DNA of 46,623 nucleotides, taken from the IMG/VR virus record IMGVR_UViG_3300046025_000015, positions 1-46,623 of that record; one strand, 5' to 3'. Below, in pieces: positions 34,242 through 44,285 of this stretch. Origin of the DNA: a virus. Taxonomy: Duplodnaviria; Caudoviricetes. A program made the translations under genes and the position numbers. Numbering within the stretch: position 1 is the stretch's first letter; each line of letters starts with the position of its first letter. The notes beneath the pieces were generated by a model that made no database searches, was not told where the DNA came from, and saw only the letters and a list, made by a program, of their open reading frames with translations.

Positions 34242-35606
34242 TCACGCGTGGATGAACTGGAGCGGATCGCTGCCGTCAGAGGGTGCTAATGCTGAAAATG
34301 TCACCTCAGGAGACATATATGCCTGTTCCTCTTCTCGGGAGGCCGAGATTGCGTCCCGGATATACGCGCGGGGGATGACGATGTCGCCGCTGTTGATCGA
34401 CATCCGCAATTCTCCCTCGCGACCTTCGAGGTGATTGGAGAGCGCGTCGTAGACTTCCGTCTCGCCGAAAATCGTACTGGAGGCGGTGATGGCCTGGGAC
34501 GTCCCCCGAATGTCCATCGCCAGACCAGCGTCGGTATTCGTCTCTTGGATTTCGTTCGTGATAGAGATCGTCGTCCCCTGGACCTGCTCGGCGGCGGGGT
34601 CACCATCCCAAGTGAGATTCGACCCAGTAGTGAGTTCGGCATCGCTGGGTGAGAGTGCCGATTCGGATTGCAACGCCCCCCCCGAACCGAGGAGCGGGAC
34701 GCCGCGGTCCCCCTCGACACCGTCGTGGTGATTCGCCCCGTGGACCAGTGTGAGGAGTTCGGTGGGATTGCCGGGCGCCGATGAACCACTGCCGTCGTCG
34801 CCATAGACTTCGAGGGTCCCCGACAACTCCGAGACAGGGCGGACCGCCCGCAGATCCGAATACGTGTTCGCAGACCCGACAGTCGTCGTCGCATCTGACG
34901 TGTCGAGCGTGACAGTTTCGGTTGTCGTCGCGCCCACGGATTCGATGTCGATGTCGGCGCCCGTGTCAGTGCTGTCCGTGCTGCGGAGATGGAGATATTC
35001 GCTCTCGGGCTGATCGATCTGGTATTGCCGCAGCTTGTGGACCGTATAGGGGAGTTCGACCCCCACAACGGCCGTATCCGAGGGATTGACCGAAATCTCG
35101 GGTTCGTCAGCAACACCGCCGCGCCCATACGTCGTGAGTCGCGTGGCGCGACTCACCGCACCGGGGTCCGACCCCGTGGGGTGGGTGCCCGGACCGTTCG
35201 TAATGTACTTTGCATGGAGCGTGTTGCTGGCGATGATCTCGGATTTCTTCTCGGTTTCGAGAATCGAGTGCGTGGACTCGATGCGGTTGTCCACGTCCCG
35301 GAGGGCGGCATCGGCAATGGCGTCCTGGGGGTTCCCGTTCGTATCCACCGGGAATTGCTGGAGATCGTAGCTGACCGTGAAGTTATGCGATTCCTGGCGG
35401 CGGTATTTCTCTTGGGGGACGACGTTTCCGATACCCGTGGCCTCCTCCCAGTTTGCGTTCGACTCCATGTCCGTGCTATCGAAAACAGAACTGTAGAGCA
35501 GGAAACTCGGGTCGGTGGGGGTCTGTGGGTCGCCAGTCGAATCGAAGGTTTCGCGGGCGAAGTGAAGTTCGGTGCGTCTGATGCCGGCTTGGGCATTCGT
35601 AGGCAT
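34242..35606 (-). CDS. major tail tube protein
   Basis: FARETF...P N-terminus, beta-rich, and located upstream of the chaperones; no sheath gene nearby. Confidence 0.7.
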   Translation of the reverse strand: MPTNAQAGIRRTELHFARETFDSTGDPQTPTDPSFLLYSSVFDSTDMESNANWEEATGIGNVVPQEKYRRQESHNFTVSYDLQQFPVDTNGNPQDAIADAALRDVDNRIESTHSILETEKKSEIIASNTLHAKYITNGPGTHPTGSDPGAVSRATRLTTYGRGGVADEPEISVNPSDTAVVGVELPYTVHKLRQYQIDQPESEYLHLRSTDSTDTGADIDIESVGATTTETVTLDTSDATTTVGSANTYSDLRAVRPVSELSGTLEVYGDDGSGSSAPGNPTELLTLVHGANHHDGVEGDRGVPLLGSGGALQSESALSPSDAELTTGSNLTWDGDPAAEQVQGTTISITNEIQETNTDAGLAMDIRGTSQAITASSTIFGETEVYDALSNHLEGREGELRMSINSGDIVIPRAYIRDAISASREEEQAYMSPEVTFSALAPSDGSDPLQFIHA

Positions 35607-35646
35607 TGTAATGTATTAGATCGAAGAATCGCTATTCGTCGGCGTG

Positions 35647-35898
35647 TCAGTCGCTTACGCTGTCGCTGTCGCTATCGCTATCGGCGTCAGCGCCGTCGGG
35701 ATCGTCGGCATCGACATCGTCGGCTGCTTCGATGGCGTAGTCGTCGCTGGCGATGAGGTCGGTTGCCAGATCCTCGGGCACTTGTACGCGGCCCGTGGAT
35801 GTCACATCGATTTCGACGCGCTCGCCATCGTGTTGTGCCGTCAGACGGGAGGTAACGGGGTTCCCGTCCGAGTCGCGGTTTGTAAACGTGATCCACAT
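35647..35898 (-). CDS. hypothetical small acidic protein
   Basis: GRVQVPEDLA core with a DS/DA repeat tail. Confidence 0.65.
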   Translation of the reverse strand: MWITFTNRDSDGNPVTSRLTAQHDGERVEIDVTSTGRVQVPEDLATDLIASDDYAIEAADDVDADDPDGADADSDSDSDSVSD

Positions 35899-35905
35899 AC
35901 AATGT

Positions 35906-36130
35906 ACGCGGGAGAATCCAGCCCAGGCGGTCGCTCGCCCACCGCAGGCGCGATGGGGTCAACGGTCATCCCGCCGCAGGCAGCGTGGCGCACCCGACGT
36001 GCGCTAGAAACTGGGCTCTCGCGTCTGCGTCGTTACTCTGTCTGGATATGGATCGTCAGGACGCACTCACCGAGGGCGATCAGCGAGTGCATGAGGAGAG
36101 TCACCGCCAGCGGGTCGATGCCAGCGGTGG
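35906..36130 (-). ncRNA. candidate structured RNA in the late operon
   Basis: Gap without a credible ORF, containing at least five hairpins and a closing stem; two of the stems need G-U pairs that only form on the minus strand. Confidence 0.4.
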
Positions 36131-36172
36131 ACCACTACGGCTGGTGGGGTGGAAGTCACGTGGAGGAGGATC

Positions 36173-36712
36173 TCAAGCGTTCGGCACGCGGTCGTACTGG
36201 TAGCCCGCGCGCATCGAGACGCGATAGATCGTGTTCTCGTTCTCGTCGCCAGTATCCTCGGCCTCCTGGGTCTGTCCCGGGGCGACGGTCAGCAGATCGC
36301 TACTCCCCGCGTCCGTGAGGATCTGGGAGCCGTGCTGGTACATTTGCTCTCTCGCAACTTTGGGATTCACGTCACCGCCATTCGTCCCGGCGCCTCGTAG
36401 GTGTTCCCAGGCGCCACCGACGAAATTCACGCTCACGGATCCGTCCATGCGTTGCATCCCGCCGCCGGTCGAGTGAGAGGCCGTCCACCCGGTCGTCCCG
36501 CTACTTAGCGGCCCCTCGCTCTTGGCGGAGACGGTGACGCACGGAATATCCCCGTCACGATCGTACCAGCCCGTGTGAAATACCATTTGGCTTTTGTTTC
36601 CGTAGATCGCGGCTACGTCGAACGGGAGGTACGAGGGGCCCCAGTGCGTGCGGAGCAGGTCCAAGATCTCGATCTTCGGGTCCGGGGTCCCGCTCGGGTC
36701 ACCGACAGCCAT
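36173..36712 (-). CDS. putative tail terminator/completion protein
   Basis: Position upstream of the tail tube; size and P-x-VTV pattern. Confidence 0.55.
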   Translation of the reverse strand: MAVGDPSGTPDPKIEILDLLRTHWGPSYLPFDVAAIYGNKSQMVFHTGWYDRDGDIPCVTVSAKSEGPLSSGTTGWTASHSTGGGMQRMDGSVSVNFVGGAWEHLRGAGTNGGDVNPKVAREQMYQHGSQILTDAGSSDLLTVAPGQTQEAEDTGDENENTIYRVSMRAGYQYDRVPNA

Positions 36713-36797
36713 GGGATCTTATCTTAGCCTCCTAGGAAGTCGAAATCCCGGGGCTACAGTTCCGGAATCGACACCCTGCGTCGTGTGCCCCTTGGGG

Positions 36798-36808
36798 TTA
36801 TATATTCG
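36798..36808 (-). promoter_or_regulatory. internal BRE/TATA promoter upstream of the tail genes
   Basis: CGAATATATAA on the minus strand in a 109-bp intergenic gap. Confidence 0.5.
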
Positions 36809-36821
36809 ATATGGCATTGGG

Positions 36822-37250
36822 TCAGTCGTCTACCTCTCCGGAGTGCCGGGCCAGGCACATCAGGCGGCCATTGCCCTCATCGTGGTAGTTCATGACCGTA
36901 TATATCCGGCCACGAACCGTGATCTCGGAGGGCCAGCCCAGCCAGTTCCGGTTGGCGTCCGTCTCTCCGCCGGTCGTGATCAGCACGCCATCGGGGAGCA
37001 GGATCTCGGCATCGACTGCCTCCTCAGACCCCGCCGCCGACTGCTCGCGCACGGGATCGTCGGGTTGCTCGACCTGTGCAGTGGTCTGGATCGGGTTGTC
37101 CGGGTGCGGCTCCTTGGGGTAGTCGCCGTGCTCGTCCGCGGTATCGCCCTCGATCCAGTTTCGTACCTCCGCGGGCGATTCAAACGCATCAGCGAATAAC
37201 TCGTCGTACGCGCTGATCTCATCGCCCACGTCCGGGACCCTCTGCGACAT
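36822..37250 (-). CDS. putative head closure/head-tail joining protein
   Basis: Position in the neck module; ITVRGRIYTV. Confidence 0.55.
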   Translation of the reverse strand: MSQRVPDVGDEISAYDELFADAFESPAEVRNWIEGDTADEHGDYPKEPHPDNPIQTTAQVEQPDDPVREQSAAGSEEAVDAEILLPDGVLITTGGETDANRNWLGWPSEITVRGRIYTVMNYHDEGNGRLMCLARHSGEVDD

Positions 37251-37253
37251 CGG

Positions 37254-37592
37254 TTACACCTCCTGCGCTGCGATGCTACTTCTCAAGTTCCCGGTATCGA
37301 CAGGGACCAGACGCCGGGCAATGTCCTCGACTCGGAGCGCAACTCGCTGGACGGCTTTCTCAAGTGAGTCAGAGGCGGCCACGATCGCAGGGATCTCGTT
37401 GCGGGCCTGCTCCGCGGCCGGCCGGAGGTAGGGCTGAGCCGCCATCTTGCTCGTCCCGAACTCCACGTAAATCGCGTACTCAGTGTTTGTCCCGACGGAA
37501 TAGGTGACGCTAGTCGTCCACCGGCTCGTGATGTCGTCGATCGTCTCGACCAGCGAGAGTGCGCCGGTCATACTCGCGCCATTTGAGGGCAT
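37254..37592 (-). CDS. HK97 gp10-like tail completion protein
   Basis: YAIYVEFGTSKMAAQPYLRPA and PVDTGNLRSSI. Confidence 0.9.
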   Translation of the reverse strand: MPSNGASMTGALSLVETIDDITSRWTTSVTYSVGTNTEYAIYVEFGTSKMAAQPYLRPAAEQARNEIPAIVAASDSLEKAVQRVALRVEDIARRLVPVDTGNLRSSIAAQEV

Positions 37593-38062
37593 CAGTCATC
37601 AGCCTCCGGCTCCACGGTATCGTCGGTGTTGGCATCGGCATCGGGGGCTGGATACCCGTAGGGGTCACAACCCTCCGTTTCACCTGTGATCTGGGGATAG
37701 CCCACGAGGCCGATTCGGCGCTCCCCCAAGTCCCGGGCCGCCGTCCCGAACGTGAGGCAATGCGGGCACTTGAGGTGCAACTCGATTGTTGTCGCCATCG
37801 GCCGCACCCGGTGGACGAGCATCCACGTCTCATCGCAGCTGTCACACCAGAGGTCGGCGGCATCCTCCTCGCGGTCGAACTCCCCGATCGGGACGCCGAC
37901 GATCCATTCCTCGTCACACTCGGTACATTCGAGATAGATGTCCTCGTGTCTATACCCGAGTTTGGAGAGGTGTCGTTTGCGAATGCTCTCGTCTGTCGGT
38001 TCGGCCCCACAATTGGGGCACGTCGAGTCTCTGGGGCGTTCTTGCTGGGAGAGATCGGGCAT
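37592..38062 (-). CDS. protein with four CxxC pairs (two zinc sites)
   Basis: CPNCG, CTEC, CDSC and CPHC. Confidence 0.75.
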   Translation of the reverse strand: MPDLSQQERPRDSTCPNCGAEPTDESIRKRHLSKLGYRHEDIYLECTECDEEWIVGVPIGEFDREEDAADLWCDSCDETWMLVHRVRPMATTIELHLKCPHCLTFGTAARDLGERRIGLVGYPQITGETEGCDPYGYPAPDADANTDDTVEPEADD

Positions 38063-38122
38063 AGATTGGGCTGGGCTGGATCGGATTAAATTGGATTCGA
38101 GTCGGGGCGGGGCGAGACAGAG

Positions 38123-38470
38123 TCAGAGCGCCCGGAAGGGGACGGCCGGATCGTCCATCGTTTCGAGGCGTCCCGTCGGGTCGGCTTGTTTGGCTTGCCG
38201 CCACAGCGAGAGGGCGTCCTCGCTGTTGAACGACAGTTGCCGATTCCTTTGCTGGAGCGAGGCAATCCGGCGCTCTTCGGACGCATAGGCGGCGGCCAGG
38301 AGAGCGGCCGTCAATTCGAGACGGGTCGTATTGTCCGTATGCGGGGCTAACTCATCGTTGACGACTGCCTCCGCAAGATGGATCTCGAATTGGAGTTCCG
38401 AACTCGGATAGTCGGAACTGGAGAGATCGCCCGCATTCTGGACATCGGTCGCCGTGATGGTGATGGACAT
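38123..38470 (-). CDS. head-tail adaptor
   Basis: IT..DV...AEAVVN...LLAA...DPTGRL pattern; second gene after the capsid. Confidence 0.65.
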   Translation of the reverse strand: MSITITATDVQNAGDLSSSDYPSSELQFEIHLAEAVVNDELAPHTDNTTRLELTAALLAAAYASEERRIASLQQRNRQLSFNSEDALSLWRQAKQADPTGRLETMDDPAVPFRAL

Positions 38471-38509
38471 CGGAGGTGATCACTTCACTCGCACAGACGC
38501 CAGGCGGCG

Positions 38510-38812
38510 CTACCGGGCTTCCGCAATCTCGTCGAGGGCAGTCGTGCGATTCTTGCCCTGTTCTTCGGCGGTTTCGAGTGCGTCCAGCTCGGCGCTCGAG
38601 TAGTCGCTCTCGTCGAGGGCCGCCTCCAACTCGTCGACCGTGTGGTCGGCGGGATCAATGGGCGGCCCGGGGGCAGAGGGCTCGACTGGCTCAATCTTAT
38701 GCGAAAATGATCTTACTTCCAACTCCGTCGGGACAAACGTCTCTCCGATCTCCAGTTCCTCCCCTTGGTGGTAGTGTGACTCTTCAACAACCCGGTATTC
38801 CTGATCAGTCAT
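38510..38812 (-). CDS. small capsid-adjacent protein with HeH/Rho-N-like tail
   Basis: TVDELEAAL...E..GKNRTTAL. Confidence 0.65.
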   Translation of the reverse strand: MTDQEYRVVEESHYHQGEELEIGETFVPTELEVRSFSHKIEPVEPSAPGPPIDPADHTVDELEAALDESDYSSAELDALETAEEQGKNRTTALDEIAEAR

Positions 38813-38889
38813 GTATTGAAACGCAGGGCAGAAAGCGTTGGGCGGCGCCCCGTCCGTTGCAGGCTATTCGCCGAGTAGAGAGGTGTCAG

Positions 38890-39915
38890 TCAGGCAGTCC
38901 AGTAGACGATCCCCGATTGGCCGCTCTTGGTCGATTTGACCCTCGGATACATGGCAGCTAGCACTTTCCAATGATCGCGGAAGGGATCTTCCCACTGCAC
39001 CGGCTGGGGGTCACGGGCGATTCCGAGATCGATCACGTCCTCAGTCGGCCGGAACATCAGGACCGACTTGCCCGGGAGATACTCGGCCTCCCGAATGCGG
39101 GAGATGGACGCGAGGTTTTCGATTCGATCCCGAACAGTGAGGTTGCCGTCGCCGTCGGGGTCGATATCGTCCAGGGTGTCGTAGTATTCGGTCCCCAGGT
39201 AGACCCAGTAGCCCGTGCCGGCGGGATTGAAGTCGTTATCGTTCTTGAGGATGGCACGCATCGCACGGAAGTCGTCACGGATGACCGTGTTGTCGGCCGT
39301 CCAGTCCGCACTCGTCGTGCCCGTGTTCGCATCGGGGTGATTGGTGAGCCCGTAGAGCTGGAAGGAGTCGCCCGAGGAGCCAATCGTCTGCCCCCAGCCG
39401 TTCCAGACCAGGTCCTCGAGCGTTTCCGCCACGTTGCGGGAGGTGACGGTGGCGCCGAGCGTATCCAGGGAGACATTCGACGGGTTCTGCCCGTCGGGGC
39501 TAGGTGCCTCACGGAAGCCCAGCGAGAAGTCGTCGTGGACGATCGGCACCGGAACGCCTTCCATCCCGAACGCGACCGAGGATTCAGTCTCGGCCGTCTC
39601 GGGGTCCATGTCCACACTGGCCTCGCCCATGTCATCGACCACGTTCCACTGGTCGATTTTTGTCATGAGGTCTGTATTGACCCTGAGACCGGCCGTGCGG
39701 AGGTCCGAGACGATGGTGAGGGTGTCATCCATCGTGCGGTAGACAGCGTCGTCCACCGCTTCCCAGGAGTTCTCGGGGAGGCTGGCGTTCGTGTACAGGG
39801 CGTTCGCGCGGGCCGTAGACTGGCCCTGACGTGCGTCCTGGATCTGTTTCCAGGCGTATTCAGTGAGGTCGAGACTGCCGTTCTGGACGATTTGTGGAGT
39901 GTTAGAGACAGACAT
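38890..39915 (-). CDS. major capsid protein (HK97 fold)
   Basis: 341 aa; WEAVDDAV, VPIVHDDFSL, YGLTNHP and final GIVY; follows the protease and decoration genes. Confidence 0.85.
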   Translation of the reverse strand: MSVSNTPQIVQNGSLDLTEYAWKQIQDARQGQSTARANALYTNASLPENSWEAVDDAVYRTMDDTLTIVSDLRTAGLRVNTDLMTKIDQWNVVDDMGEASVDMDPETAETESSVAFGMEGVPVPIVHDDFSLGFREAPSPDGQNPSNVSLDTLGATVTSRNVAETLEDLVWNGWGQTIGSSGDSFQLYGLTNHPDANTGTTSADWTADNTVIRDDFRAMRAILKNDNDFNPAGTGYWVYLGTEYYDTLDDIDPDGDGNLTVRDRIENLASISRIREAEYLPGKSVLMFRPTEDVIDLGIARDPQPVQWEDPFRDHWKVLAAMYPRVKSTKSGQSGIVYWTA

Positions 39916-40397
39916 TAGCGGGCCACCTCCGAGGCGAGATCCTCAGTGTCACCCGAGGCCGCACCGGAGTTGTCGATAGATTCGATTGCGTGGGCGGCGA
40001 CCGCGCCCTCATCGTCGGGCGAGGTGCCGTCATCGAACACGCGGACGGTGCCGTCGCCGGCCGAGACGAGGCGGTCGTCCTCGGTCGCGTTCGCCTGCGC
40101 CGACGTACCGAGGTCGGCCCCAGACGCCAGCACGAGATGGGCGCCGACGCCGGCGTTCGCGGAAACGAACTTGACGTTGTCACCCGAGGCATAGGTATCC
40201 CCGAGTTCCATCCCGCGGTCGCGGTCGTTGATGGCGACGAGAACTTCGTTCAGTACCCCACCGTCCGTCGAGTGGGGCGCCACGCCGTTTGCAGTTCGCT
40301 CGAGGAGGTGCCCGACTTGGACTGCGCCGTCGGCGGGCGCCTCGTGCTGGACGTACTGATCGCGCGCGTAGAGGATGCTCTTGTGAGATTTCGCCAT
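39915..40397 (-). CDS. capsid decoration/cement protein
   Basis: GHLLE...YASGDNV...LVSAGDGTV...AIES; lies between protease and capsid. Confidence 0.7.
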   Translation of the reverse strand: MAKSHKSILYARDQYVQHEAPADGAVQVGHLLERTANGVAPHSTDGGVLNEVLVAINDRDRGMELGDTYASGDNVKFVSANAGVGAHLVLASGADLGTSAQANATEDDRLVSAGDGTVRVFDDGTSPDDEGAVAAHAIESIDNSGAASGDTEDLASEVAR

Positions 40398-41893
40398 TAG
40401 TCGTCACCCCCATTTTCCGCAGCCCAGTTGGAATAGCCGCCAGACGGGATATCCTCGCTATCGTCGCTTGCGTTCGCGCGCTCGACGCGGCCAGGGATCG
40501 CCGCCATGTTCGCGGTGGCCTGACCCTGGCCCTGTGCCTGTGCCTGAGCGGGCTGGTCGCGCTGTGCGTTCAGGACGGCCTGGGCCGCCTCCGTATCGAG
40601 GTCGACATCCTCGGGGTCGACGCCAAATTCGTTGGCGACGACTTCAGCAGCTTCCTGCTGGGCCTCGCGCTGGGGCGCTTCGATCTCCTCGCGGAGCTCC
40701 TCGTTCTGCTCGCGGAGGGCCTGGATCTCGGCCTTGATTTCCGAGAGTGCATCAGCATCAGCGTCAGTGCCGGCCTCTACCGCAAGGCTCTCGGCCTCGA
40801 TTCCACCGTCACTTTCGCTCTCGTCGGAGGTAGTTTCGGAGTCAGTCTCGGTCTGTTCGGTGCCCGCCTCGGTGGGCTCGTCACCCTCGTCGGCGGATTC
40901 AGGAGTCTCATCAGTCATTGGAGGATCAGAAGTGGATTGAGAATCGTTCGGAGTCGTATCCGGGTCTGCATCCGGGTCCGGGTCTGGTTCGCCATCTGCC
41001 GCATTCGCGCCGGCGTCGGCCTCGTTGTCGGTGGCATCGGCATCGGAATCGGAATCGGTTTCAGAGTCAGATGGGGTGTCGTTCGCGGTCGTGTCTGCGT
41101 TTGTCGTCACATCGCCATCCTGGCACGAGCAGTCGGCCTCGGCGCCGGCTTGCGAGCCAGCGGGCGCCTCATCGCCCATTCCGAGGGCATTGAGGACGCG
41201 CCGGCCAAGGGTCTCGGCTGCATCGTCGTTGATGGCGACAGAATCGGTGTTACTCATATCACGTTCAGTCAGTCCGTTCGCCCGCCCCACGCCACAGCCC
41301 TCCGCGACCGAACAGTTGCCCGTCTCCCCATCGACGGGGAAGACAGCCAGGTGATCGGGGCGCAAATTCTGCTGCACGGCATCGTAGGACTCCCCGTTCA
41401 GCCGGCCGTCGGCGGGCGCTCGATCCGCGAGATAGCCCGTCGACGTCTCGACGATCCGCCCGGCCTCCAGCGCATTCACAATCCCGACGAGGTCGCCATC
41501 GTGGCGGCCCTGTTCCTCGAGATTGATCCACGCCTCGGCTCTGAGCGCACCATCCGAAACCCCAGGATCGCGGACCTCCCCAATCTCGGCAGGGTTGACC
41601 GCATCGCCATTCTGGATGACGGTGGGGGTGCCCTCCGGATCTTCGGGATGCCGAAGAAGAAGGGGCCGACCCGCCCAGGCGTTCGTGGTGGCCGTCAGTT
41701 CGTCGGCGGGGAGGAGTTCTCGCGTGATCCCACCATCGGGTGCGGGATAGCGATAGACCGCCTCCTGGACGGCGACCACAGGCGAGACGAGATAGTCGGT
41801 TCCGTCGTCCTCGACGCGTCGGGGCTCAGACTCGCCGCCCGAGGCCGTGGGCGCGAGAGACGCGGGGCTGTTCAGCCGGAGCGTGGGTGTCAT
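40397..41893 (-). CDS. prohead protease/scaffold (DUF2213-like)
   Basis: P.LL.HP, ETSTGY, PDHLA and GNCS...GCG, followed by a long acidic linker and coiled coil. Confidence 0.85.
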   Translation of the reverse strand: MTPTLRLNSPASLAPTASGGESEPRRVEDDGTDYLVSPVVAVQEAVYRYPAPDGGITRELLPADELTATTNAWAGRPLLLRHPEDPEGTPTVIQNGDAVNPAEIGEVRDPGVSDGALRAEAWINLEEQGRHDGDLVGIVNALEAGRIVETSTGYLADRAPADGRLNGESYDAVQQNLRPDHLAVFPVDGETGNCSVAEGCGVGRANGLTERDMSNTDSVAINDDAAETLGRRVLNALGMGDEAPAGSQAGAEADCSCQDGDVTTNADTTANDTPSDSETDSDSDADATDNEADAGANAADGEPDPDPDADPDTTPNDSQSTSDPPMTDETPESADEGDEPTEAGTEQTETDSETTSDESESDGGIEAESLAVEAGTDADADALSEIKAEIQALREQNEELREEIEAPQREAQQEAAEVVANEFGVDPEDVDLDTEAAQAVLNAQRDQPAQAQAQGQGQATANMAAIPGRVERANASDDSEDIPSGGYSNWAAENGGDD

Positions 41894-42052
41894 AGATTCG
41901 TGTTAGGGATCAAACCAAGATGAGTGAAGGGCCGTCGACAGTCGGATCAAACCAGACCGGGACCTCGGGCCATCTCGGCCGTCATCGGGCCCGGGTCTAG
42001 ATTTGGGCCTGCGACTGTGACTGCGACGACGCGTGGGAACGCAGGCAGGCAG

Positions 42053-43312
42053 CTACCACTCCTGCTCGGTGATTACTTCGACTGTTATATCGCCCGTGGT
42101 GTCAGAATACGCCAGGAATACACAGACGTCGCGAGCGCTGACCTGGCGCTTTTGGGTCTGTGGCCCCGACGAAATCGACGTTTTCGAGCCCAAGCCCGAG
42201 GAATACCGCGATCCGAACCCGAGTTGATAGCCACCAGGGTCGGCCGCCGACGTGCCGACAGTCCCCGTGTCGTCGGGGAACTGGTCGATAGAGCTTGTGG
42301 TTTCGATCACCGAATTAGCCACTGAGTGTTCGGGTGGGGTGGCCCAATCTGTCGGTTGGCTGCCGGTGCCGTCGAGTGCGTTTTCGGGCGCGACTGCGAT
42401 CGGCATGACCCGCACATCGCCAGAGCCGGAGAATTTGGTGACGTACGTATTTGCGAGCTGCGTGTTTATGATTTCGCGGTCGGGATCGACGCGCAGGGCG
42501 TGGATCGGAACCCAGGTGCCGGTCGTCCCAAGTGCGGCCGTGAACGAGTGGGTTTTCTGGCGCTGGATCGGATCGACGCTGCCGAGGGTGCGCACACCGA
42601 CACTCCCTAACTCCGCTTCCAGCGATCCCGCACCCGCCTCGGCGGTCACACTCAATTGAACGGGTTTGTTCGCCGTCTGTGGCCCTTTGTCGTCGTCAAC
42701 GCTGGTTTTCCCGACGGTCGGGTTTTTCTGCGCGCCGTCCTGGGTGTAGGTTTCTATAAATTCAGTATTGCCGACATTGTACCAGTTCGTCTCACCAGCG
42801 ACGCGGCCCCACGTGGTGAGTCCTTTCTCGAGGGAAACCGTCTCGGCATCGACCTCGGTGCCGGCGCGATACTCTGAGAGAGTCACACTCGTTCCCGGGT
42901 GGCTGCTATTCCAATACCAGATCCAGCCGTCGGCGTTCGGTCCTGGCGTCCCATCCGCGGAGTTCGTTAAATCCGCATCACCGTATGCGAGTGTGACGGC
43001 GTCGCCGCTCTGGAGTTCGTGGGTCGTCTGGAGCGCGGCCGACCACTCGATAACGTACTGGACGACATAGCGGTATCTCTCAGCCGTTGCGAGCGTCACA
43101 GTGTCCCCCGCCGACTGCGGGCGGAGGCGGCGACCGTCGATGGTATCCTGATATTCGGTGACCGACTCATATTCGGGGAATTGGCGCGTGCCGTTGACGA
43201 AGACCCGGAGCCGCTCGGGTGAGTAGGGATAGTGCGCGGCCAGATCTGCCTCGTTCGTGGTGGTAGATACCTGCTTCCCGAAGGCATCTTGCCATTCTTC
43301 GATTGGATTCAT
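42053..43312 (-). CDS. hypothetical beta-rich protein, probably virion-associated
   Basis: 419-aa acidic ORF inserted in the head module. Confidence 0.7.
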   Translation of the reverse strand: MNPIEEWQDAFGKQVSTTTNEADLAAHYPYSPERLRVFVNGTRQFPEYESVTEYQDTIDGRRLRPQSAGDTVTLATAERYRYVVQYVIEWSAALQTTHELQSGDAVTLAYGDADLTNSADGTPGPNADGWIWYWNSSHPGTSVTLSEYRAGTEVDAETVSLEKGLTTWGRVAGETNWYNVGNTEFIETYTQDGAQKNPTVGKTSVDDDKGPQTANKPVQLSVTAEAGAGSLEAELGSVGVRTLGSVDPIQRQKTHSFTAALGTTGTWVPIHALRVDPDREIINTQLANTYVTKFSGSGDVRVMPIAVAPENALDGTGSQPTDWATPPEHSVANSVIETTSSIDQFPDDTGTVGTSAADPGGYQLGFGSRYSSGLGSKTSISSGPQTQKRQVSARDVCVFLAYSDTTGDITVEVITEQEW

Positions 43313-43325
43313 TTAAATAATGAGA

Positions 43326-44285
43326 TTATGGTGAAGTGACGGGAGTCCAGGTACATCTACAATTTGGGTGCTGTGGAATGCGCCCGCGGGCCTCGTCGAT
43401 CGTGTACGTCGTCCCATGGAGAGCGGCGCAAGTTGGGCATGTTCGTCCGTCCATCGTCGCAAGCCACTCCACCTTCCCCACGACCTGCTCGACACCCATC
43501 TGTTCGTAGCGGGTGAGGGTCTGTTCTGCCGCGGCGCGGACCGTTTCCGTTCTGGCGAGTGTTCGGGCGCGAGTGATTCCGACTTTCTCGATTCGGTCGT
43601 TGATCTCAGCAGCCATATCCCGCGGGTTCACCCCCTCGACCATGCCCTCGGTTAGGACGCGAGAGACGTCCGAGTCCACGGCATCCGTGATGCCCTTCAG
43701 GCCACGATAGTTTCGCGTGTAGAGCGATCGAAGGAGATCCTGATGCACAGGCGCGTTGAACGCCTGTTCGAGCGCCTCCTCACCGAACTCGGCCGCGCCT
43801 GACCCCAACGCTGCGTTGGCGTTTTTGATCCCGCGGCGAGAGGCAGCGCGCACATAGGCACTCGACCAGTGCCCCCCACGCTTGACCGTTTCCGTGCCCA
43901 CGGGTTCGAGGACCTCGTCCTCGAGTGCCCCCCGGAACCAGTCGAGGAACGCACTCTCTTTATCGGCGCGTGTCTCGAAGCGAAAATCGTCACGCGGAGA
44001 GGCGTTCTGCCGCAGGACATCGGCGGGACGCCCGCGATTCCGGCTGCGCCCCCAGTCCCGGCGGGCCGGGTCCCCCAGGCGCAGGGCGTCGTTCTCTTCG
44101 ACGGTCGTGCGGACGACTCCCTTCAGTTTTCGCAACCGCTTGTATACGTCAGCGGCGTATTCTTCGCGGATTCCCTTCGTCCGGCTGGGATCAGCTCGCT
44201 CCGCGTTCGTCCGCGGCTGGGTTTGGTCCGGGTCGGGGCGTGGCTCGCTCTGGGCGTGGGCATTCGCCCGCGTATGATGGGCCAT
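43326..44285 (-). CDS. head morphogenesis protein (MuF/SPP1 gp7-like)
   Basis: RARTLARTET, D.RTC..C and PQHPNCRC. Confidence 0.92.
   Translation of the reverse strand: MAHHTRANAHAQSEPRPDPDQTQPRTNAERADPSRTKGIREEYAADVYKRLRKLKGVVRTTVEENDALRLGDPARRDWGRSRNRGRPADVLRQNASPRDDFRFETRADKESAFLDWFRGALEDEVLEPVGTETVKRGGHWSSAYVRAASRRGIKNANAALGSGAAEFGEEALEQAFNAPVHQDLLRSLYTRNYRGLKGITDAVDSDVSRVLTEGMVEGVNPRDMAAEINDRIEKVGITRARTLARTETVRAAAEQTLTRYEQMGVEQVVGKVEWLATMDGRTCPTCAALHGTTYTIDEARGRIPQHPNCRCTWTPVTSP

Noticed and set aside
35906-36024. Cloverleaf-like fold as a tRNA
   Set aside because: Too long, with no T-loop GTTCRA or D-loop consensus.
38890-39915. Encapsulin/linocin-like resemblance
   Set aside because: The flanking protease, decoration, portal and neck genes identify it as the viral major capsid.
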